A stretch of DNA of 64,000 bases from Felis catus (Eukaryota). This document shows, one piece after another, positions 1-9,825 of the stretch (within the stretch, counting starts at the first letter, position 1; each line of letters opens with the position of its first letter). The translations under genes were made by a program, and so were the position numbers. The notes beneath the pieces were generated by a model. The model made no database searches. It saw only the letters and a list, made by a program, of their open reading frames with translations, and was not told the DNA's origin. Location of the stretch: NCBI RefSeq assembly GCF_018350175.1, contig NC_058373.1, positions 102,488,001-102,552,000 of the forward strand, read 5' to 3'.

Positions 1-134
1 ATCTGAAGCAGTCTCCAGGCTTTGAGCTGTCAGCACAGAGCCTGACGCGGGGCTCGAACTCGCAAACCATGAATGAGATATAATGACCTGAGCCGAAGTC
101 ATATGCTTAACCGACTGAGCCACCCAAGTGCCCC
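1..134 (-). mobile_element. Can-SINE, partial at window edge
   Basis: gacctgagccgaagtc...ctgagccacccaagtgcccc, reverse complement of the SINE head. Confidence 0.9.
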
Positions 135-179
135 AAGTGTGTGTGTTTTTTTTTAATGCTAGGCACACTTTATCATTAA

Positions 180-290
180 AAAAAAAATATGTTTTTATTA
201 AGTAGTCTCTATGCTCAGTGTGGGGCTCGAACTCACAACCCCAAGATCAAGAGTTGCATGCTCTATAGACTGAGCCAGCCAGGCACCTCT
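180..290 (-). mobile_element. Short Can-SINE (older subfamily)
   Basis: gggctcgaactcacaaccccaagatcaagagttgcatgctctatagactgagccagccaggcacc. Confidence 0.85.
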
Positions 291-550
291 GGGCCTAGGT
301 TTTTTATTTTTGTTTGCTTTGAACAAGGAAAGTGCAGATCCAGGAGACTCTTAACCTAATTCTCATCCTGATGCTACCACTATCTCACTGTGGGGCTTCA
401 AAAGTCATTATAGCTCCATTATTTCATTTGGAAAAAACAAAGACTTCATTATATATACATGTAATACTTTGCTGGAGTTGCTAGTCATTTCTGTAATGGT
501 TCAGTGAAGAAGGTGGTTTTAAGATGTCCTCCGGAAGCTTTTACATTCTT

Positions 551-783
551 TTTTTTTTTTAATTAAAAAAAATTTTTTTTTTAAATTTTTATTTGAGAGA
601 GCACACACACACACACGCACACGCACACACACACGCACGCACGTGTGCACGCGTGGGGGAGGGGCATAGAGAGAGGGAGGCACAGAATCTGAAGCAGGCT
701 CCAGTCTCTGAGCTGTCAGCACTGAGCCTGATGAGAGGCTCAAACCCACCAGCCCACCAGCCGGGAGATCAAGACCTAAGCCT
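551..783 (-). mobile_element. 5'-truncated Can-SINE with (CA)n/(CACG)n microsatellite
   Basis: 16-bp TSD AAGCTTTTACATTCTT at 535-550 and 784-799. Confidence 0.9.
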
Positions 784-946
784 AAGCTTTTACATTCTTA
801 AAGAAACAGTGAATTTATTTACTGTATACTTGAACTCCTCTAAAGGTATCATGGGAATGGTCTTTCAAGGGTTAGTCTATTTTAATTCCTCTGGCCTTTT
901 GTAAAGGAAGAAGAGCTTTTAACTATTCTAATAAAAGTGGACTCCT

Positions 947-1161
947 GGGGTGCCAGGGTGGCTCAGTCAGTTAAGCGTCCGACTTCGGCTCAGGTCATGA
1001 TCTCACAGTTTGTGGGTTCTAGCCCCACATCGGGCTCTATGCTGACAGCTCAAAGCCTGGAGCCTGCTTCGAATTCTGTGTCTTCTTTTCTCTCTGCACC
1101 TCCACCACTCACCCTCTGTCTCTCTCTCAAAAATAAATAAAAGTTAAAAAAAAATTTTTTT
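947..1161 (+). mobile_element. Can-SINE
   Basis: ggggtgccagggtggctcagtcagttaagc head; TSD AAGTGGACTCCT at 935-946 and 1162-1173. Confidence 0.93.
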
Positions 1162-3940
1162 AAGTGGACTCCTTTTTGGAGTGCATTCCTGTACCTTTAA
1201 CATAGCAGAAAGAAACTTAGGAAATGACTTATTTCCTAGTCTGTTTCGATAGGCAACGCCATACACTGAGTGACAAGTTAAAAAACAAGCATCTGTCTTT
1301 GATTTTAGGCCTCCTGTTAGCACTAAGCCTATTATTAGCACAAAGAGAAATCTCATCCTTTTCCTCTATTCTGACCCCATATTGCCATTTGATTCCTCAT
1401 TGATCAAATTCACTCCTCCATAGTCTAGAGTTAGTTACTATGACTCTTTCAACTTTGGGATTTATCCAAGCTCTTTTTTTTTTTTTTCTAAACAAAGTTA
1501 AAATTCTCTTCCATGGCTCTATTTTGGGATTGTACACTGTGTTTAAAGGTGAGAGTTTTCCCAGCTTTGTTTGAGCTGAAAACAGAAGTTAGAGTCTAAA
1601 AGGAATACTGGAATTATTTGAAAACAGAATTTTGGCTTTTGTTTGGAGGAAAGTTGTTCAAGTTTTAATTGATTCACTGTTATATGTCACTTTATTCCTG
1701 GAAAGGATTAAGATGGCAGGTATGTACAAAGACTTTATCACAGCCATGCTTCGTGAAGGAGTTAGTAAGGTTCACTTTGTCACCTTCCAGTTACTCCTTC
1801 ACCTTCTGGCTCTGCCCTACTCACCCACTGTAGTTCTTACAACAGAGTCACCAAGGATCTCCATTGCTAACTGGACACAGTTATTCATTGACCTTGCTAT
1901 AGGGTCTAAAAGTGACTATTCTGTTATGAACATTCTTCCTGTTTATAATAATAATATATGTAATATATGTTCATTGTGAAATTTTGGAAAATGACATCTG
2001 TAATCTCCATCCAGAAAATGTTTTTCTCATTGAAATGGTTCTGTGGCAACTGCCTTATTCCTTTCCTCCTATTTTTCTTGACCATACCTGTGTCAGTCTG
2101 CCTACTAGATATCTGTTTTACAGGCAACACTTTTTTAAAACCCAACTGTCTCTCTTCCCTGTTCCAAATCTGCTTAGCCACCTTTTTTCACCATCTCACT
2201 GTAAGGTACCACTGTTCATCCAGTTGATGAAGCCATAAGATGAGGACCCATCCTTGACACCTGTCCCTCAACCTCCATTTATAATCAGCAGCTAAAGTTC
2301 CTGTCTGTTGTTGCTTATTAATTAATTTACTTGTTGTCTCTCCACTCCCAGCACCTTAGCTAGACTGATTATTCTTCACCTACCTCAGTTTCCCAAAAAC
2401 ATCATCTACTTTTGAACGTCTTAGGACTTGTGTATCTTCCTTTAGGGCTTAGCTTAGAAGGTCAGGGCTTCTCTGACCTATTTCTACACCCTCAAGACTG
2501 AGCTTGGTGCTTGTGGTTCCCTTATGTCCCGTCATACATCCCTTCCTTCTGTATGTTGTCCCCCTGCTTAGATTCTCTCAGCACCCATACTATCTTTATA
2601 AACACACATCATATTCCATTGTAATTGTTTATTGACTTCTCTGTCTCTGTAAGGGCAGTGACTATGTCTTGTTCATAATTGCACTGGTAATATCCAGCCC
2701 AGAGTGTTTAGTAAATTTCTGATGATAAATGGATAGTAGGAAATGGGTGGTGGTTAGTGTGAAAAAAAAAAAAATTAGAAGCTGTTATGTTAGTTTTAGG
2801 ATTCTGGCTGCTTTAAAATTTGCATCTTAAGTGATGTGATTGGCCTTCTGTCTATCTGGTCCAGTAGTAATGGTTCTGTGCATAAGCTTCCAAAGTGTGA
2901 AGTATGGTAGGGCAAAGCAGGAATGAAGCTGATAGCTTGGCTGGGTGGGCTCTACCTTGCATTCCATTGATAAAGAGGTTAGGCTTTCCTATAGGTGCCC
3001 GTAGTGGAGCAGAGATCAGATGGCTGCTGAAAAGTAGGGCAGTTTTGCCAGAGATAAAGAGAAGAGCATTTTAGAGACTTGGTGATTGGATATGGGGGTC
3101 AGGGAGGAGGAATCTTTAAGTGACTCAACTTTCTGGCTTGGTTGGCTAGGTACTTGCTGCTTTCATTAACTAGTTGTTTTGATTTTTTAGATTCTTTTTG
3201 ACATCCAGATATATCTACTAGGCAGGCAATAGGATATGAAGTTTGGGAGAGCATGCCACTAGAGAGTCATCAGTATGTGGTTGTTAGAACTGTAAGACAG
3301 CACTTAGATGTATAGCCTAAGATTAATAACGGTCTAGAAAAACAAGGAACTCTGAGGAACATGGACTTAAAAGGCTGGGGAAGAAGAGAAAAGAGCTGGG
3401 AAAAAGCATTGTCAAAGAAACTGAGGAGTTCGAGTTCTAGGGGAAATTTGGCAATAAAAGACCATTGGCCTGTTTTGTGCTTTAAATGGAATAACAAGAA
3501 AATGGTTCTGTCTTTACCCAGCTGTTCAAATAGATGCTTCAGTGTGGACTGTCTGCAAGGCTTTTTTTGGGCAGGTCCACTTCACCCCTCTTGGTGTCCC
3601 AGCACCCCAGCCCAAATCTGGGACCCCACTGATACTCGTACATCGGATCTAACACATGACCTTTAATCCCTTCCAAGTTAAATCTAAAGGTTGAAAACAG
3701 ATCTCAGAAATTCTGGATCTATTCCCAGAAATTCTGATTCATTGTACCCAGGGATCTTAATTTTTTACAAGGATATTTCTGAATGTCTATGGAACACTCG
3801 TGTAGGTAGGTGCTATAGCCCAGCATTTTATTTAATTGCAAGAGAGCAAGACTTTCTTATGGTGAACTTCAAAGTACAAATGTGATGAAGAGATTGGCAA
3901 CCATGGAAACCTGGCTGAATCTTTCCACAGTGCCTGTGTT

Positions 3941-3978
3941 TGGGGAGGCGGGGGGGGGGGGGGGGGGGTGTGGTAGGG
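3941..3978 (+). repeat. Poly-G run (about 19 G) with flanking G tracts
   Basis: tggggaggcg(G)n tgtggtaggg seen directly. Confidence 0.9.
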
Positions 3979-6028
3979 AAAGCGCCACCATCTGGTGTAA
4001 TTTGTTGGAGATGTAAAGTTTCTGCGTTTCTGCCTTTCGGGTTTTTGGGGGAGAGCTCCTGGTGCCCTGCATCATATCCTCGTGGTCTACCACTGATTTC
4101 AACGCAAATTCAGATTTCCGTAGTTTCTCACTTGAACTTACTACTCTTGCCACCACTTTTCTGTTTTCTGCCTCAGGACATTCAAACCCAGCAAAGGAAG
4201 GAGGTTGGTTAATATCCTGGGCCACCTTTAATTAGGGGACAAGAGCCCATGCCTCATCATTGTGCTTTCTCCAGGGGTCCCACAGACTTGTCCGCTACCC
4301 TCCAGCAGTCACCCTGATGATGTCGAATGGCTGTATTGGCTTTTCTCCTTCCTTGGTTGTACCTTTCCTCACTTCTATCCCCTTGGATCATCTCCTATTT
4401 TAGTCCTGCTAAAGCCCTGTCTATTAGCAGTGTGTCACTTGAGTTGACTATAGGTTAGTAAGTGCAAACAAAAGCCTTCTGTAACTACATTTAGTTTCTT
4501 CTTAATGTCCCTGTCTATCAATAATAGCACCTAAAATAATGTGTGTGGGAGGAAGGCGAAGAGAACATATTGTGCAATGCAGAATGGCACACACATTGCT
4601 GAAGTTTAAATTTATTCACACTCTGTAATGAGATCATTATGTGAGAATTTATTGGATTTTTCAGCAACCTCCATTTCTCTCCCTTCACTTAGAAGGACTG
4701 AAGGGAATTTGAAAAACCAGAAAATCGTTGACCACGTTAGCACTAGATACACCTCTTTTTATTCATTTGTCATTTATTCATTTATCTATTTTATTCATAT
4801 GTATTCATCTTGTTTTGAAGAATTCTGGGTGGGTCTGTTTATAAGACTAAATTATATAATATAATGATAAAAGCTATTAAAAATGCTGTAATGCAGGAAG
4901 GGGGCACATCACAGATTTAGGATAGAAATTGCCAAAGATAGTCAAGAAACCAATCTGATCTATTTCAGGATAATTTTGAAAAGGTACTTTGTCTTAAATG
5001 CAAGACTTCTCTTTACTTAGCTAGAAGATATTCATATTCCTGTTTCTTCTTTTAGCTGAGCCTAGACTCAAGGAATTAAGAGTTGAAAGGTGAATTTGTT
5101 CTGGATGATCACTTTTCATCCTTGACAATTAGAAGTAGTATCTGAAAGCAGTTATCATAGAGGCTGACACATTGCAGGCACTAAATGTTTTAAGGTAAAT
5201 GATAAAGGTATATGTTGAGTTGCCAAATATGTGTGTCTTAGACTGGTGTCCCCACGATTAAGAGTGGGGAAACTCTATTTGCCTAGCCGTGAGGGGCTCG
5301 TACCACCAACCTGTGACTGCAGACGTTTATTTTAGTTTGTAGGTTTATTTTGTAGGAGACCAGGCATCCCTACAAAACACTTTTTCTCAATACACAGTGT
5401 TCTGTGTAACAGTGGATATTTTGTTGTAAAATTGGTGAGATCATTAGATAATTTAGTATTCCAACTCCTCAGTTAACATTTCAAGTCAGACCCAGAGAGG
5501 AAGTGACTTTTCCAAGGTACACTCACCATGTTTAGCTAGTTAATGATATAGCAAGGACTAGAACACAGATCTCTGCATGTAATCCTCTTTCTAAGATGGC
5601 TCCCATCTCCAGCCCTGGTCAGGGGACAAAACAAGGCATTGTTTTTTCTGCAGTAGTTCAAAATGGTTTTTAGACTTAATAAGGATTATGTGTTCTGTGT
5701 TTGATTTAAGCTATGTGGAGAAAATTTAACAGTTAAGAGCTTATACAAATAGATTATTTAGAAAGTCAGGACTAGTAGATGGGCAAAGTACATAAGCAAA
5801 CAAGTGAAAAATTATAAACATCTATAAGTATTGAACAGTATGGGACCAGCTTAGAAAGCAGGTACAACATTTTGATAGACTGGTTTGCAACCAATAAAAA
5901 GCTAGCTGTGGTGACTTAGAAATCATATCAGTCTACTGGAGATTCTGGACTGTTCTTTATCCTTTCCTTTTATACTGTGCCTTATACTTGGAAGTCTTCA
6001 GTACTTTACATTAAAAAAAATACATTTA

Positions 6029-6233
6029 GGGGCGCCTGGGTGGCGCAGTCGGTTAAGCGTCCGACTTCAGCCAGGTCACGATCTTGCGGTCCGTGAGTTC
6101 GAGCCCCGCGTCAGGCTCTGGGCTGATGGCTCAGAGCCTGGAGCCTGTTTCCGATTCTGTGTCTCCCTCTCTCTCTGCCCCTCCCCTGTTCATGCTCTGT
6201 CTCTCTCTGTCCCAAAAATAAATAAACGTTGAA
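6029..6233 (+). mobile_element. Young felid Can-SINE (SINEC_Fc type)
   Basis: CpG-rich ggggcgcctgggtggcgcagtcggttaagcgtccgact; TSD AAAAAAAATACATTTA at 6013-6028 and 6234-6249. Confidence 0.95.
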
Positions 6234-6557
6234 AAAAAAAATACATTTAAAGGACTAATTTCACATATAGAATGTTAACTAATGTTAGCTTCTGAAATTC
6301 ACTGTCTATTCAGTCTGAAATTCTCCAGTTTATCTTCTGGCCTATACACCATGGAAAGTGGTTGTTTTGCTCTTGTTAGTCTTGATGTACACATTAAAAA
6401 CTAGCTGAAATAAGAGTTGGTACGGTAAAGATTTAATGAATTGACACAGTGTTTCTGTTACTTGCTAGAACCATCTGAGTGTATGTTAAAAAACTTTTCT
6501 AAAAACAAAATTACCACCTTAATCAAATATGTCTTTCTTTCTTGTAGAGCCTCTGTT

Positions 6558-8696
6558 ATGCACCTAAAGCCATACTGGAAACTCCAGAAGAAAGAGCGAC
6601 CTCTGGAAATCAGCAGGGAAACTTTGAGAACTCCTATGAGCCACCACGAAGCTATAAATGATGAAAAATGCAAAGCTAGCTACATGAAACCAAGTGTCTT
6701 TCCTTCACCCTCTCTTGGTAAAGCGTCATCTCGAAAGCCTCTTGGGATTCTTTCTCCAAATGTTCTGTGCAGTATGAGTGGGAAGAGTCCGACAGAGAGC
6801 AGCTTGAATGTTAAAACCAAGAAGAATGCACCGTCTGCATCAATCCACCAGGGTGAAGAAGGGGAAGGGCCGCTTGATATCTGGGCTGTTGTGAAACCGG
6901 GAAATACCAAGGAGAAAATTGCATTCTTTGCAGCCCACCAGTGTAGCAATAGGATAGGATCTATGAAAATAAAAAGCTCCTGGGACATTGATGGGAGAGC
7001 TACTAAAAGAAGGAAAAAATCAGGAGATCTTAAAAAAGCCAAGATACAGTTGGAAAGGATGAGGGAAGTCAACAGCAGGTGCTACCAGCCTGAGCCCTTT
7101 GCATGTGGCATTGAGCACTGTTCTGTGCATTATGTGAGTGACAGTGGGGATGGCGTCTATGCCGGGAGGCCTCTGTCAGTCATACAGATGGTTGCCTTCC
7201 TCGAGCAAAGAGCCAGTGCCCTGCTAGCTACATGTACGAAAAACTGCACTAACTCACCTGCTGTGGTGAAGTTTCCTGGGCAATCCAGAAGTGTGCCCCC
7301 AGCCTCCGAGCCCTTTTCTGCCCCAGGAGCTTGTGAAGAATCCACGGAAAGGGGAAATTCTGAGGTTGGTGAACCACAGAGCGAGCCAGTCCGTGTCCTT
7401 GACATGGTAGCCAGGCTGGAGTCTGAGTGCCTGAAGCGGCAGAGCCAGCGTGAGCCTGGGAGCCTCTCGAGGAATAACAGCTTCCGTCGAAATGTGGGCC
7501 GCGTGTTGCTTGCAAATGGCACTCAGGCTAATGAAGGCAAAACAAACAAAGGGGCCTTGGAGGCACCAGACACTCAGGTGAATCCTGTGGGGTCTGTATC
7601 TGTGGACTGTGGCCCCTCAAGAGCCGACCATTGTTCTCCCAAGGGGGATGAGTCCTGGGACGGTGCTCCTCGGGGCTGTCCGTCGTTGCCAGCGAGTGTG
7701 AATTTCCTCATGGACAGTGCAGAATTTGAGCCAGATCAGCAAACTGCCCTGAAAAATGGCAATAAATATGATGTGGAGATGACAGAAGAACTTGTTGGGT
7801 CATCTTTTCCTGCTGGCACCTGCCCTCAAGCCATTGAATTGCCCACAGATGCTGTTGATTGTCTGAGTAGAGAGCTCGTGCCGCTTACTAGCCAGAATCC
7901 TGATCAGAGAAGAAAGGAATCTTTGTGCATTAGTATCACTGTGTCCAAGGTAGAGCAAGGCCAGCCTTCTAGTTTAAAGCCCTGTGAAGACCCACTTCCA
8001 GGGATGTTGTTTTTTTTGCCACCTGGTCAGCACCAGTCAGACTGTTCCCAGTTGAATGAAAGCACAAGGGAGTCTTCCGATGCCGGCCACCTTCAGGATG
8101 CTGCTGAGGGTGACAGTACCACTGAGGAAAAAAGTGTTTCAGCTGATTCATTTGTCCTGCCAGCCTCTCCTGTGGAAAGTACATTACCGGTGCTTGAGGC
8201 ATCCAGTTGGAAGAAGCAAGTGTCTCATGACTTTCTGGAGACCAGGTTTAAAATCCAGCAGCTTTTGGAGCCTCAGCAGTACATGGCTTTTCTGCCCCAC
8301 CACCTCATGGTGAAAATCTTCAGGTTACTTCCCACCAAGAGCTTAGTGGCTCTTAAGTGTACCTGCTGCTATTTCAAGTTTATCATTGAATACTACAATA
8401 TCAGGCCAGCAGATTCCCGCTGGGTACGAGATCCACGATACAGAGAGGACCCTTGCAAGCAGTGCAAGAAAAAATACGTGAAAGGGGATGTGTCCCTGTG
8501 CCGGTGGCACCCCAAGCCCTATTGCCAGGCATTGCCCTACGGGCCAGGATACTGGATGTGCTGCCACCGGTCTCAGAAAGCCTTCCCTGGCTGTAAGCTG
8601 GGGCTTCATGACAATCACTGGGTCCCTGCGTGCCACAGCTTTAATCGGGCAATCCATAAGAAAGCGAAGGGGACTGAAACTGAAGAGGAATACTAA
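6558..8696 (+). CDS. FBXO34: F-box only protein 34, single coding exon, 712 aa
   Basis: ORF begins MHLKPYWKLQKKERP (ATG 6558), 10 nt after a splice acceptor (ctttctttcttgtAG, AG 6546-6547). F-box-like segment QQYMAFLPHHLMVKIFRLLPTKSLVALKCTCCYF from ~8274, Cys/His-rich C-terminus, stop TAA 8694-8696. Confidence 0.96.
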   Translation: MHLKPYWKLQKKERPLEISRETLRTPMSHHEAINDEKCKASYMKPSVFPSPSLGKASSRKPLGILSPNVLCSMSGKSPTESSLNVKTKKNAPSASIHQGEEGEGPLDIWAVVKPGNTKEKIAFFAAHQCSNRIGSMKIKSSWDIDGRATKRRKKSGDLKKAKIQLERMREVNSRCYQPEPFACGIEHCSVHYVSDSGDGVYAGRPLSVIQMVAFLEQRASALLATCTKNCTNSPAVVKFPGQSRSVPPASEPFSAPGACEESTERGNSEVGEPQSEPVRVLDMVARLESECLKRQSQREPGSLSRNNSFRRNVGRVLLANGTQANEGKTNKGALEAPDTQVNPVGSVSVDCGPSRADHCSPKGDESWDGAPRGCPSLPASVNFLMDSAEFEPDQQTALKNGNKYDVEMTEELVGSSFPAGTCPQAIELPTDAVDCLSRELVPLTSQNPDQRRKESLCISITVSKVEQGQPSSLKPCEDPLPGMLFFLPPGQHQSDCSQLNESTRESSDAGHLQDAAEGDSTTEEKSVSADSFVLPASPVESTLPVLEASSWKKQVSHDFLETRFKIQQLLEPQQYMAFLPHHLMVKIFRLLPTKSLVALKCTCCYFKFIIEYYNIRPADSRWVRDPRYREDPCKQCKKKYVKGDVSLCRWHPKPYCQALPYGPGYWMCCHRSQKAFPGCKLGLHDNHWVPACHSFNRAIHKKAKGTETEEEY

Positions 8697-9825
8697 AGTC
8701 TACATGAGAGGCGACAGAAGGACTGGTTTTCTAGAATTGCAGAACCCCACCTAGAGCTGTAGAGCTACCATGCAAGTGAGTGTTGCCTCTCAGAGCCGTC
8801 ACTGTAGGAGAATCCGTATGTATTCCATCAGGACTGCCATTGCTCAGGCAATTTTTAAACTCTTGCTTTACGAGCTGTACAAGGAAATCGGTCTCATTGT
8901 TTTATAGTGGCACCTCCCATTTGGTCCAGGGTGGTATCCCACGGTTTGATTCACTTGGCTGTGAATAACTATGCCTATTCTCCCAAATCAAATCCATCCT
9001 CAAACGACGAAGACTTGCCACCATCAAGGACATTCAGAAGAGTTCATTGCAGACTATGCAGGCGATCCCCAAAAAGGGGTTCCAGAAATGTTTTCAAGCA
9101 CTGGCACCATATTTGAAATAAGTGAATAGTGTCCTCTGGAAAGAATAGCAGCACTCTCGGATGAAAAGTATGCTTACAAAGGAAAAGTCAGGCACCTTAC
9201 CTTAGCCCTTGTATGCTTGATCTGTGAGATTGAGGTTTGTGGTTGGAGATGGATTTCATGCCCTGTGGTGTTTACAGTGTATATAATGGTTGTGTTTTCA
9301 TAGGGCTGTGAAAGTGCACATTAAACCCGAGCGCCTTTACCTTAGATGAGTGCTTTTGACCCCTCTGTAAATAACACTATTAAATCCAGTTGTATAGCGC
9401 GGATAGCTGACTGAAGAGAATCCCCACAATGCAGCTAGGATAGTGTTGCGGCTACAATTGTGTGGGTTTTTGTTTTGTTTTTTTTTTTTTTTTTTTTTTT
9501 GGTCTCATCTTAAATTTGTACATCCTGTATAAAATATGAATGTTTCCCAAATAAACTATGAATGTTTCCTGTATAATATATGAACGTTTCTGAGAAGAAA
9601 CTCTAAATAGTTAAGAGGTTAACCTGTTGAAGATACCAAATAATGGTTTAACTGGACAACCTTAAAATTAGTATAGAGAAAAATCCTTTGTTATATTTTA
9701 GTGACCCATCAAGAATGAGAGAATATTATATAGTCAGATTATAACATTCTTGTCTACTTTACTCTTTCTGTCTGGTTATGAATTTTTTTTTTTAACTTCA
9801 ATAAAAACATGCATCTTAAATGGGA
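8697..9825 (+). other. FBXO34: FBXO34 3' UTR with candidate poly(A) signals at 9550-9555 and 9800-9805
   Basis: AT-rich, repeat-free stretch after the stop; AATAAA at 9550 and 9800, the second followed by U-rich sequence. 3' end inferred. Confidence 0.7.

Noticed and set aside
6029..6110. A-box/B-box motifs resembling tRNA genes in SINE heads
   Set aside because: These are tRNA-derived Can-SINE promoters followed by (CT)n and A tails with TSDs, not tRNA genes.
6441..6557. 39-aa N-terminal extension of FBXO34 in the ORF track (751 aa)
   Set aside because: Starts at a non-ATG codon and runs through a clear pyrimidine tract and AG acceptor (6546-6547), so it is mostly intronic; the first ATG after the acceptor is 6558.
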